Shown here in pieces: positions 26,501 through 39,039 of a DNA stretch of 64,000 nucleotides. The translations under genes were made by a program, and so were the position numbers. The notes beneath the pieces were generated by a model that saw only the letters and a list, made by a program, of their open reading frames with translations, was not told the origin of the DNA and searched no databases. Source of the stretch: Camelus dromedarius (taxonomy: Eukaryota); the NCBI RefSeq assembly GCF_036321535.1, contig NC_087436.1, positions 28,522,001 through 28,586,000 of the forward strand, given 5' to 3'. The number at the start of each line of letters is the position of its first letter. The first letter of the stretch is position 1.

Positions 26501-27359
26501 ACCCCCAACCAACCAAACAGAAAATCCAAATTTCAGTCCACAGGTTCAGCAACAGAATGGGAAAGTCAGAGGAAAAAAATCAATGAACTGGTACATGGAA
26601 CAACAGGAATTACCCATTGTGAACAATAAAGAGAAAATAGACTAAAAAAATAAAAAGAAAGAACATGGCCTCAGAGACCTGTAGAACTATAACAAAAGAC
26701 CTAACATTTGTGTCATCATAGTCCCAGAAGGACAAGAGGAAGAGAGGGTAGACTGAAAAAGAGCTCAAAAAAAAAAAAAAAAAGACTGAAAATTTGGCAA
26801 AAGACCCAGACCTAAAGATTAAAGAAACTGAGAAAAGCTCAAACAGAATAAACCCAAAGAAATTCCCTTCCAGACATATCATAATGACACTTCTGACAAC
26901 TAAAGACAAAGGAAAAATCTTGAAAGCAGCAAGAGAAAAATGACCATAGCTTTAGGGGAAAACAATTGGATTGACAGTAGATTTCTCATTAAAAACCCCA
27001 GAGACCAAAATGGAGTAGCACAACATTTTAAAGAAAAGAACTGTAGATCCAGAATTCAAATCCACTGAAAATAACCTTGAGGAATACAAGGGAAATTAAG
27101 ACATTCTATGATGAAGGAAAATGAAAGAATTTGTCACTCTAGACCCAACCTAAAAGAATGGCTAAGGGACATTTTCCAAATTAAAAAGAAATAAGAAAAA
27201 AAATGAACATTGGAACATGAAGAAATTAGACTATGATAAACAAAACTACGGGTAAATAAAGCAGAATTCCTCTTTCTGAGTGTTCTAAATTATGTTTGAT
27301 TGTGAAAGTAAGATTTTAACACTGGTGTGGTTCTAAATGTATATAAAAGAAATATCTAA

Positions 27360-27714
27360 CTGAAAATATACAAACAGTTCATACAACTCCATATCAATAA
27401 AAACAAACCACCCCATCAAAAAATGGGCAGAAGACCTAAATAGACATTTCTCCAAAGAGGACATACAAATGGCTGACAGGCACATGAAAAGATGTTAAAC
27501 ATCACTAATTATTAGAAAAAGACAAATCAAAACTTCAATGAGGAATCATCTCAACCCAGTCAAAATGGGTATTATCAAAAAGTCTGTAAATAATAAATAC
27601 TGGAGAAGATGTGGAGAAAAGGGAACCCTTGTACACTGTTGTTGCAAATGTAAATTGCAACCACTATGGAAAACAGTATGGAGATTCCTTAAAAACTAAA
27701 AATAGAGCTCCCAT
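27360..27714 (+). mobile_element. L1 ORF2 C-terminal fragment (younger L1, no tail)
   Basis: Translates to [32 protein letters not shown]...[14 protein letters not shown]...[12 protein letters not shown], the L1 ORF2 cysteine-rich C-terminus. Confidence 0.9.
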
Positions 27715-27719
27715 ATTAC

Positions 27720-28630
27720 ACTAGCTTATTTTAAAATTTATATGGAAAGATAAAGAACTAAAATGGATAAAATAATTTTGAAAAAAATATGTTTATAATA
27801 AAAAAATAGTGAGTATCAAAAGCTATAAGGAAACAGAGAAACTGAGTCATTTATTCTTTGCTACTTGGAGTATAAAATGTTACAGACACTTTGTAACAGT
27901 TTATTCCCTTAAAAAATTTACTATACAACTACCACATGATCCAGAAAACTTACTAATGGGCATTTAGACACACAAAAAATGAACATCTGTGTTCACTCAA
28001 AAGAGCTGTGCAAAGATGTTTATAGCAGCTTTATTTGTAATAGCCAAAATCTGAAATGTTGTCCTTTAAAACACGGTGATCACCCACTGTGGATTGGGTG
28101 CCTCTGGGAAACACAACTGTCAGCCAGGCTTGGGTGATTTGGCAATCAGCGTGTTAAGGAGTGAATAGTTAATAAAAAAGACAAAACAAACAAAAAAGTG
28201 GCAACATCCACATCATTGGTTACTACTCAGCAATAGAAAGAAGTAAACTTCTGATACACACTTATGCTGAGAGAAAAAAGTCAATCCCAAGAGATAACAT
28301 ACTGCATTGCTTGATTTATATATTATTCTTGAAATGACAAACTTACGGAAATGGGGAACAGGGTAGCAGTAGCCAGGGGCTGAGGAGGTAGTAGGGGCAG
28401 GAGAGGAAGTGGCTGTGTCTATAACAGGACACCAGGAAGGATTCCTGTGCTGCTGGACTTATCCACCTTGACTGTATCAATATCATTAGCTTGGTTGTGA
28501 TGTACTGTAAATTTTCCGAGACTTACAATGGAAGGAAACCCGATAAAGGGTACACAGGACTTCTCAGTGTGATTTCTTACAACAATGTCAATCTACAACT
28601 ATCTCAAAATAAAAAACTCAATTAAAAAAG
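27720..28630 (+). mobile_element. L1MC1-type ORF2 end and 3'UTR
   Basis: atgtttatagcagctttatttgtaatagccaaaa; tattcttgaaatgacaaa; aagggtacacaggac...atctcaaaataaaaaa. Confidence 0.8.
28072..28153. mobile_element. Putative piggyBac-like MITE (82 bp)
   Basis: Imperfect 13-bp TIRs cacggtgatcacc / ggcaatcagcgtg. TTAA on the right and TTAAAA on the left. Interrupts an otherwise continuous L1MC sequence. Confidence 0.55.
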
Positions 28631-29553
28631 AAAGCATGGTGAGGGCATTATTTTTTATTATTATTATTACTGAAGGAAAGAACCAGGCTTCCCCACCACC
28701 ATAGAATATTCTTTAAGACTGAGGAGATAATTGGCATAGTCCCACGAGGGGCCTGATGAAGATGTTGAAAGAAATACTCAGTCACATAAAGTGTGTAACT
28801 TTTCTAGAAACTCAGGGAGACAACTTGGGCAGCTACAGCTTGAAGAACCAAACAAGTAGTTATACAGATTAGGACCCCTTTAGAACATAAAATGTACCAG
28901 AATTAGATCTTTTCATTAATAGAAAATTTATATTTTCTATTCAACATTTTGTTTTGTTTTATTCTGTTCTTTTTTTAACATTGAAACCAGATGGGGTTAA
29001 AAAAGAAAGGTTATTTTATTAGGGACTTGGTGTTTCATAAACTGACTAGGTGAGCAGCATTTGATTAAATGTTGATTGTAATAAAGACTAGAATTCTATT
29101 TTTTATCTCCCTTCCCCCATCATTTGGTGTTGTCTGTTTATTTTCTCTCTGTTTCCTATAACAGTCTTATTTTTTTTCTGAAAATCTAATAATGTTAATG
29201 TATACTAAGGGAAGAAAGACAGTTTTACTCTTAGGAGTGCTTAAGATTTGCATTGGCATCACACTGTCTCAGCACTGGGGAAAGCCAATAGTGTGGGTCA
29301 TGTAGAAAAGGCAAAACCTATGAAGAATATAGACATATAGTCTGAGTTGGCTGTATACTCAGTCATTTCAACTGATATTTCTGTGTACCTTTATTCAGCA
29401 TTATGCTCCCTGCCTGGCATGAAAAACTGGCAACAATTTTCTTTTTTCTCTTTCTCAGTCTCCCTTTTTACTTGCTGTCTCTGTTTCATTCCTTCCTTTT
29501 CTCCCTTCTCTGTCTGAGTATTTCTAAGCTTCTGTCATGTTTTTGGGGGGGAT

Positions 29554-29588
29554 TTTTTGTTTGTTTGTTTGTTTGTTTGTTTGTTTTT
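29554..29588. repeat. (TTTG)n microsatellite
   Basis: Directly visible. Confidence 0.9.
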
Positions 29589-31351
29589 TCCCAGCTGAGT
29601 TCATGGTACCTGAATCATAATCTCTAGATAATTCTTAACCCTGGTTCCTTGTTTCAGGAAAACAAATAATATTAACTTATAGGTTGTGTCTCTAGTGGTC
29701 ATGCATAATGAGAACAGTGTGCCAGTATTTATCGCATTTACCTCCCTGTAGGCTGAATATAAGATGGTTACAGCAGAAATTCAAAAAGAAATAAATCACT
29801 TTTAAAATAATATCAGAAGCAAGAACTGATAGAAGTTCTAAATTCTGAATCCATTTTCTGCTCTTGCTCCCCCTCTTTTATACCAAGAGTCAGACCTGGT
29901 GAACTAGATCAAAGACGGCTCCACACCATCGTCACTCCAGTGTTTCTCCCCATTTGTCCACTGAGCTTTGTTTTTCTCTAGGTGATTCTCCATTGAATTT
30001 AGATAACAAAATTCAGTATTTCAATGAGTCTGTAGCCAATACAGTCAAGAATTTTTTTCCCTCTCATACTAGCATAATATATGCATTATAAAATATTCAC
30101 AAATATAAGTTAAAAATTAGAAAATAGAGAAGAAAAATACTAACAAAAATCTTTCTGTCTTTGATGATGTCATACTTTCCAATTGGCAAGTCTAAATACA
30201 CAGTTAAGTTTTAGCCCAGCAATAAAGATCACAGGGATATATTCATATCAAAAATAATCTTGATAAATTACTTGTTGGCTAATGCCATGTCAGAGCTGAT
30301 TAGATTAGACAATTGTTGTTTCCAATCATTTTTATGCTGTACTTTGACCTTATGTTATTAGCAGTAGCTTCAATATTTTGGGGGAAAAAATTTAGACCAT
30401 TTATTAATTAATGAATCTTAACTTAGCTAACCCTAGATAATATCATCTAAATATATTTCACTGGACCCATGAATTTCTAAATGATACTATTCACCATAAA
30501 AATAAAGGAGCAAATAAGAGAGAAATAAAAAGAGCAAACATGATACTTTCCCCCTCTGTACTCCACAAAACCTCTTCTTTCTCAAGATATTTTGCTTCAT
30601 ATATTCTCTTCTCGAACTCCATGGATTAGAGAAACCAGTAACATATGAGAATTCCCCTTTCCTCATATCCCTAACAATAGTTAGCATTTTCAGACATTTT
30701 GAATTATATGAATATGGTGGATGTAGGCTAGTGTCTCAACAGTGTATTATTTTATACTAACCTGATTATCAATTAAATCATGTTACTTTTCAGGTTTATT
30801 GACAAGCTTAATCTAGCTCTTCACTGAGTAGAAGATCAAGGTCACATATCTTATAAACATGAATGTGTTAGAACCCCAGTCTCCATTTCTAAGTCCTGTC
30901 TCTTGAGCTGTCAGGTTGTCAGCTTAGGGTTGCTATTCTGCCTTCTGTTTCTGAATTCTCTCTTGGTTTCCAGGAGCTCCTTAAAGAAGCCTTTCCTTAT
31001 AACTCCTGATTAAGCTAGCATGCCAATTTTTAATTCATTTATTTTTAAAAACCATACTGAATACACATTACATGCCAGGCACTGCTACGTCTTTTCCACC
31101 TTCTCACAGCACACTGAGAAAAACAGATTTAAAGAGTGATTGCATCTTGTTGATTTCCTTGTTGATATCCTTTTGTCTTCCATTAGACTCTGTGCTCCTT
31201 CAACTTATAGCAGTTGTCTTTTTGCTGTTTATAATTTCAGTGGCCTAGTGGTAAATCTAGTATTAAATGAATTAGCTATAAAAGGGATTGCAATATACAT
31301 GCACATGTCATTTGGTGTAGTTAATAGTTCTGTTTCTGACGTGCAAATACT

Positions 31352-31463
31352 ATTTCTTTTTTTCTTTTTTCTTTATTTTATTTTTAATTGAAGTATAGTT
31401 GATTTACAATGTGGTGTGTGTTTCTGGTGTACAGCATAGTGATTCAGTTATACATATATATGT
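31352..31463 (-). mobile_element. Short L1 3' end (cetartiodactyl/camelid type)
   Basis: T-rich tail then aattgaagtatagttgatttacaatg...tggtgtacagcatagtgattcagttatac. Confidence 0.8.
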
Positions 31464-31485
31464 GACACTCAACAAAACATCAAAT

Positions 31486-31973
31486 TGTCTTAATTACCTT
31501 CCATTCATCCCATTGTGAAGGGAAGGATTTCCATGCTAGGGTTATGAGTTAGGCCAGACACGACACACAACACTGGACAGGCGAGACTGGCAGCAGATTA
31601 TTAGTCACATACACTCACAGGTCAGAGGAAGAGGACACCATAGGCTAGCAAGGCCACATGGAGTTGTACTTAGAACAGAGTAAACCACGGGCTGTGAGAG
31701 GTAGCAGGCTTTGTAGTGCCAAGAGGCTGGGTGCCCCTGTTTCCCATGGAAGCATGTGATTAGGTTGAGTAATTCCATAGACCAGCAGAGAACTGAAACC
31801 TACTACTCATATAAGCAGGAATTGCTTCTGGCCCCTTGGATAGGGAGGTTGTGTGGCTGGGGAACCCTACCCATGGGGAGCAGAGTAGGGAGGACTTCTG
31901 GCATTTGAGGCATCCCAGTTTTACTGTGAAGGCAGCACATAATATGGGCCTTAGTTTCAGGCCTTACACCACA
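31486..31973 (-). mobile_element. Complete ERVL solo LTR (LTR53-like)
   Basis: TG...CA ends. Perfect 5-bp TSD CAAAT at 31481-31485 and 31974-31978. Minus strand starts tgtggtgtaaggcctgaaactaaggcccatattatgtgctgcc. Confidence 0.85.
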
Positions 31974-33164
31974 CAAATCCAGATATATAAACTGAGTTTA
32001 TTCTCATTAATATTATTTTCATGCAGAGATTAGCAGGTTTTTGTTCCTAGTGTTGGTCAAAATTTTCAGTGACCACAAACTAGAAATATATGGAATTCTA
32101 CTGAAATTTTGCTCCTAAAGAGGGAGTGTGTTTCTGCAACTTAAAATAACTCATAAATAATGTTTTCTTGTTCATAGTTAATCTTTACAAGTCCACATGA
32201 GCATTCCTGTGTGTATAGGAAGCTGCTCTCTGACAGCTGTTGAAAGCTGCCTATCAAGGTGAAGAATACACACAAACTGGAAAAAATAATCCCAGATGCA
32301 CATTAGTTATCAAAATGAATGCTCTACAAGCACTGAAGGAGGAGAAGTTCCCAGTATCCACAACTGTTGTCTGAACACCATTTAATGAATAAAAGTACCT
32401 ATGAAATTGCGGAGTCTCTGGAGGAATTGAATATAAATAAAAGATTTATGCTATTTTCAGTGCACTACAGAAACACAGTAGAAAGAAAAGTTTGCATAAA
32501 TAAAACGTGGATGATACAATGAGTAGTCAGGGGGGAATAGTAAGAAGTCTACATACTTGTAAATTGATAAAACAATGTCATAACAATAAATGAGTATTGG
32601 AAATACATGAGTAAAATCCAATGGGAATCGTAATGAAACATCTAGTTCATTTTTATTTTTGGCATGCTCAGAAGGCAAGTACTATTCAGTCTAAATTGAT
32701 TGCTATTTTGATGGATTTATCTTACAAAATTAACCCATATGCAAAATGTATGAAAAAATATAGTATATTCAATGGAGAAATTAATTTGGGGCTATTGGAT
32801 ACTTTAAGAAATCTCAAGTTATGAGAGAAACACAAAAATGTATGAAATTATAATCTCTGTATTGAAGGAATGGAGAACATGACCATCTACACAAGGTCAT
32901 ACACTAAATCAGATATTGAGTAATTGCCTTTCATAGAAATTCTAGCTTTAAATAATCTATATGGATATTTTATTCACTCAGTCATTTCTTCTACCACTAA
33001 TTCATGAATGGTTTACTATGCATAAGCATTCTGCTAAAAACTGCAAACATAATACAGATGGTTTCTATTGTCATGAAATGTACAGTATAATATGAAATTT
33101 ATAGTTCGGGAATCAGATATCTGTGGTTGAAGGCTTAGGTTACTTATAATTTCTATCTCATTAA

Positions 33165-33338
33165 ACAGTCAAATAGAATTTTCTGTGATGAGGAATTGTT
33201 CTAAATCTGTTCTGTCCACTAATATTGAGCACTTGAAATGTTGCTAGTCAGACTGAAATCTTAATTTTGATTAATCTAAATTTAAATTTAAATAGCCACA
33301 TGTGGTTAGTGGCTACCATACCATATTGGACGGAGCTG
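33165..33338 (+). mobile_element. MER3 (hAT-Charlie) MITE nested in a MIR
   Basis: aatagaattttctgtgatgagg...tattgagcacttgaaatg...aaatagccacatgtggttagtggctacc. MIR-like sequence on both sides (~33100-33450). Confidence 0.85.
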
Positions 33339-35364
33339 TAGAACTATTGTAAATATCAAATATATATATATAGCAGTTAATATTAGTGCTTAGCACATAG
33401 TAAGTGCTTATTATCAATTAATTATTAACATCTATGATGATAATGATAATGTAGATTTTGGGGGAAAGAGATTAAATAATTTCAAAATGAGAAAAAACTC
33501 ACAAAACCATATTGATATTAAAGTTCAGTAAGGGAACTGATTTCTGAGGAATCGTAAGATAAATACTTATCACTCTGATGCTTACAGTCACAGTATTGAA
33601 ATGTAATATGCATATAATGAGTACTAAAAACACAACTAAAACATAATCCTTGAGTAGCATCAATTTCTCATAAGGATGTCAGATACAGATAATATCCAGG
33701 GACAGATATTGATATCCACAGATGGGAGTCCTGAAGATTCTTTTCCCATTCGTAAAAAATGATATGTACGGAAACACTTTCCCATAGAGCAACAGTTACT
33801 CACCTTCTTCCAGTCTTAGCACTGCAGATTTACATTGGTGTAGTGATGCAAAGTCTCCTGCCATGTTACGAAAATGCTCAGTAACTACTAGGCATAGGTC
33901 ACACTGTAGCACAGCTTTGTATGCCCTAGCTTTGTAATGTTTGGAAATTGTTCATCTCTTGGTAACAATACTGTTTTTTAGAGTATAAATATTCTATACA
34001 GTAAACAGATATTCAACACAGCATGATTTCTGGACTGGCTCGGACTTTAACTGGAGCTCCTTCTTCACAAGAAGATTCACACGGGAAAGGACTGTCACTT
34101 TCTGCATCCGTACACTTTTTCAACTTGAGAAATGTATGGAAGCAGTTCAGTCTCTCTGTTGGATATCTTCTGCAGTCCCCTCCAACTTCACCATCCACCC
34201 ATCTCCATCATGGTCTGTGCCCCAGAAAACAGTTCTGTTCTGACTGCATTGAGGAACTCCTGAACCCTTTGGTTTACGTTTGGGTTTTGGAAAATAAGAA
34301 ACTCCAGCAAGATATTAGGAGATGGGAAGAATGATTCCCTACCTTATCTTTTCAGAGCTAAAGAAGGTAAAATTACCCATTTTTCTTAACCTAAGGATAT
34401 CTTATTGGTAGTCTTAAACCTTGTTCATAAGTTTAAAACATTTTGCTCATTAAATTTGTTTCAATTGCTTAAGTGGGAATTTTTTGCTGCCAGGTCTCTA
34501 ACTGATATAAGAATCAATCTCTGTATAAAATTATGATTTTTGACCTATTGAAACCTGGATAAAGTATTGGGTGAATTTTTACATGAGCAGACTTTTAACA
34601 ATTTATTCCAAATCTGTGCTTTGGGAATTAGAAATCTTAACTGGATAAAGGAAACATTTTTATATAAGACAATTTGCCAAACAGCTAGCTCGTAAGAGAA
34701 CAAAATTATGGACAAAGAAATAAAGAAAGAGACTAAACTCAAGTGAAAATAAATATTGTGGCAAAGCCATCACCAAGATGGGTCTAGAGCAGAAAAGTCA
34801 TCATGATATTGAGAATGAGACAAGTGATCAATTATGTCTAAAGGAGCACAAAGTAATTGTATCATTGAAATTTGTAGCTACCAGCATGAATAAAATATAA
34901 GGAGAAAGATAGAAGAATTAAAAAAATAATGCTTAATCCTAAATAATTATTATTTTTATGTATTCTTATTTGTTCATCTACCCAGAGCTTCCATGTATAG
35001 TATTTCACTTTAAGTGAAAAATCAGAGTAACAATGAAAAACATTCATTTGCATATTGGCCTATTTTGTGAACCACTAGAGAATGTAAAAATTCATTTTAA
35101 TTCCAGATATAGCATAAATAGAAATTATGTGATGATATACTTACATTCACTTTATCCTAGGAATCAAAATAAATGTAACCTGTCATAATTCTAATTATGA
35201 CAACTCTTCCCACTTTACATTCTCCATCTTAAGAGCCCATGCCAGCTGAAAAAAGAAATCTAGGGTGAGTGTTGCACATTCCTCCACAAATTATATTTTC
35301 ACCAGTTATTCTCACTTACACTGGACAACATAAAATGTAAGGCATTCCAATAGTAATATTATAT

Positions 35365-35570
35365 ACACCTAGGAGCACACACTCTGAAACCAGATGTCTT
35401 GGTTTATTTCCCAGCTCCACAATTGCTCTGAGGCATTGGTTACGTTACATAAGCTCTCCATTTCCTTATTTATAAAACAGAGATTGTAGTAGTCCTAAAC
35501 TCTATTGTTGTTATGATTATTAAAAAAGCTACTTCATATGAAACCATTATAAGTATTAGTTATTGTTTTT
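35365..35570 (+). mobile_element. MIR SINE
   Basis: actctgaaaccagatgtcttgg...cccagctccac...tttccttatttataaaacagaga. Confidence 0.7.
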
Positions 35571-36039
35571 ATTTTGGCACTATTACGAAGGGCTGAATTT
35601 CCAGACTCACATGATACACAAGCCTTACTCAACTCCGCACTTTACTAGTAACTAGCAAAGTACACTAATAATAGGGAACTGCAAGTGCCACATCGATAAT
35701 CACGGGGCCCTGAATTTGTCATGTACAACTTCCTAAAATCACTTTTCTCCACAGGATGAGTTTTGGGTTCACAGAGTTGAACACCAATTGTGCATGGTAC
35801 AAATTGTCACGGGAAGTCACTCAGTGCTGGACTTCTACTTTTTCATGTATTACTCATCATAGTTAGGGAAATTCACAATTAGCTTTTATTCCCCAGCACA
35901 CCTATGTCTCATAAGACCATAAGCTGCAAGTTTATGTATAATAAACAATCCCTATAGACAAGTATGCCCTACTAAAAGATTATTTATATAAGCAATTAGT
36001 TCACAGTAAAATTTGAAGGCCCCCTCCCATTTATTCCAG

Positions 36040-36620
36040 ATAGATGTCTAGCAAATATTTTAGCAAAGTTTCACTGAAACATCCAAATATATGAAAAACA
36101 GCATTATTCCTGATAGGCCCAAACTTAAAATAAACCAAACATCTACCAATAATTGAATGGATAAATGATATATAGTATATTTTTTCAATAGAATGCTATG
36201 CAGCTCAGAAAAGAAACTATAGTGATATATATCTTCAGTATATGAATCTCAAAAATATATAAGTTAAAGAATAGAGAGACAAAAGCATACTTAAAGTATA
36301 ATTTTACTTATAAAAAGTTTGGAAGTAGGCAAAATAAGACTCTGATGTAGTGCATATTCAGACGTCATCTCGTAAAGAAAGCTGTGATTACTTTAAGCCT
36401 AGATAGTGGTTTCCTTTAGGGAAAGTGATGGAATTATGTTTGGTAGGAGCAAGTGAAATGCTTCTGAGGTTATCAAAATGTTCTATTTCTTATCTTAAGT
36501 GATAATGATATGGGAAGGTGTTTTTCTTCTTGGAGAAAGGATATTTTTAAGTAATTCATTACTCTGGACTCTTACATTTTCCACATCTCTTTACACAGAC
36601 TTTACTTCTCAATAACAAAG
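36040..36620 (+). mobile_element. L1ME/L1MC 3' fragment
   Basis: cagcattattcctgataggcccaaact...gaatggataaat...tcaaaatgttctatttcttatct. Confidence 0.6.
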
Positions 36621-36974
36621 CCATAGATCATAGACTAAATTTACAAAAAGGATCAAGAGAGAGTACTTTTTTCACAAAAATAGTTGTATATTATGTACTC
36701 AAGTGGCTATAATTTTTAGTCACACGCTGATCAATGTGGAAATTTATTTTTGAAATACTGTTTATCTTGATAGGATAAAGGTTTGCATTGGAGGAAGTAT
36801 GCAGATTAGTTGTCTGCATTTGTGTGGTTTATTTTGTTGCAGTGGCCATTTATTGCTTTTGTAGTTTGAAAATAATCAACAGCAAAATATTTAGAAAGAG
36901 GTTCTGATTGACATTATTTCAGACTTCTATAATGACCCATCTTTAAATATGATGTCTCTAAATCTTTGGAAGAC

Positions 36975-37492
36975 AGTGGACATCGTTGCCTGTCCCTTTG
37001 TCAGCTACTACATCTTTGTTGTACAGCCTTATAGTATGAGTTTGATTCCATCCCCCAACTCCAAAGAGGTCATGATGGACACATCTTCTTGCCAAGCTGT
37101 TATTTTAAAATCTGATCCTAAATTTCTCTAAATGGAATCAAGCCCAGGATGTTGGGTAACAGATAGAAAAAATAAAGTTTTCTCTTCTGGACAGTATGGA
37201 AAAGGAATATGAGCTCTTATTTTGCAGTATCAGTTTTACTACTACCACATAAGCCAGCCTGTAGATGAAGGTGGCGCCTAGAAGAGTTCAGAGATGAGAT
37301 CATTTCAGTGATATTGAGTGGTCACTTGATCTAAATTAACCTGGCTCATTAGTGATATGTGAGTTGCAGAATATTATCCCTGTGGACCCTGTTCTTTGTA
37401 TGAACATAAAGCAAGTACCTAAATCTCTTTTGTCATTTGTCAGTGTGAATTGGATTTTCTGTTGTTTGCCTTGGATCACATTTTACCTGATG
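36975..37492 (+). mobile_element. MLT1J/K/L-like LTR
   Basis: 3' end cagtgtgaattggattttctgttgtttgc...acctgatg. Confidence 0.5.
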
Positions 37493-39039
37493 TAATGAAG
37501 ACCTGGATAGTGATCAGAGCGTTGTCTGTTATGCTTTCGTGTACTTTAGATTTTATGTTTGTGGATCTTTAAATTGTTTGAGAGATAATTAAATTTTCAA
37601 TAAACAAACATTATCTTTTATTCACATCTGAATAAAATCACTGTAGTGTAGGATACATAATAAGTAAACAAATGACAATTTAAAAACTGTCTGCTGTCGG
37701 GGAAATTCAATTCCATAATCTTCAGATTTTGAACTTACTTTGTCTTTAAGCTATATTTCAATTTCAAAAACAGAAAATATCTCTGAAAGGTAAATATAAA
37801 ATCCCTGATAATTCCAAAAGAGTAAAAAAGGCTTTCTATGAAGCTGAATGAATTTTTGGCATGTGTGAAGCTGTGTATCACACTTTAATAAAATAGCATT
37901 TGTATTATGTGAAGCAGATATAATTACTTATTTCTGCTAGCCCTGACATCCCAGACTCCACCATTTAAAAAATGTAACCATATGTTCCTGCCCCAAATCC
38001 TTTCCCACATTTCCTCACAGCTCTGTCCCCACTCATATGACCTAACGGAAGAGGATCCCATTTGAGCTCACAATGGTATTTATACAAAAATCTGACTTTT
38101 CAGGAAATAACAGAGATTGCTTTGAGAGCTTAACAAGAATGTTTTGCAATTGTAGTCGTTAAAGTCCAGTTCTTAAAATTAGCCATTGAATGAAGCCAGA
38201 ATTAGCAACAAAGTGAGTTACTGTAGGCATAACCAGTTTCCAAAATGTAGGTAAATAATGGAAACTGAGTTATTTTTTAAAAGCCTAATATATTTCAGCA
38301 AAATTATGTACCTCCCTCTGAATTGAAGAATTAATTCTAGGATTTGTTAGATATGTTAATTGGTTCAAATCACAATTAACATATGAAAAGGAAGGGGAAA
38401 GACACTGAAAATAGACCGTGAATTAAAGCAGCCAAAGAAGTAATAGAAATAAACCTTACATGTGACAGCCTGTCACCTCCATAAAATAAGGATGTGTGGC
38501 AAAAAGGCAGCCATTGCAAAGCACCATGACACTGATATTCAAGAGTGGCACCGATGTTGGACACATAGACATTTTTCTTTTCAAATATTCATGTCATTAA
38601 TCTTCTTTCAAAAATCGGTGAGGTATAAACATGAGCCAGACTTGCATTTGTGCACAAAGAATGCACGTAAAAATGAGTGTGTTACACTCACGATTGCTGT
38701 TTCTTACACACACTGTAACAAGTATATGTGATGTGAGATTGAGGCTGAATGTTCTAAATGCTTGGTTTACCTGCCATAAATGTAGAGCCCACAGTGTATT
38801 TTAAGAAATTTAGAAACTCATGTTTTGGTATATATTGTATCTTTTCTTTGTTTTGCAAAGCCTTTCCTAGAATGTGACCTAAATGAGATTTGCTTACTCC
38901 TGTGTATTTCTATATTGTGGTATAGCAAACTATTTATTAATTATGTAAACATATACCTCCAGCTATAGACACAGAGAGAGGGAGAGAAATTTTTTTATAT
39001 AAAACTTGAAAATCATAGCATACAATAGAAAACACAGTA

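Larger units (their letters stand above)
25410..27350 (+). mobile_element. L1MC(a)-type 5'UTR/ORF1 region, interrupted by an L1MA9-like piece
   Basis: ORF1-like remnants (acctaacatttgtgtcatcatagtcccagaagga; aaaatcttgaaagcagcaagagaaaaa; ttgacagtagatttctca). Confidence 0.75.

Noticed and set aside
35735..35860. Strong plus-strand acceptor cacttttctccacag followed by the frame DEFWVHRVEHQLC...
   Set aside because: No good donor and no recognisable protein.
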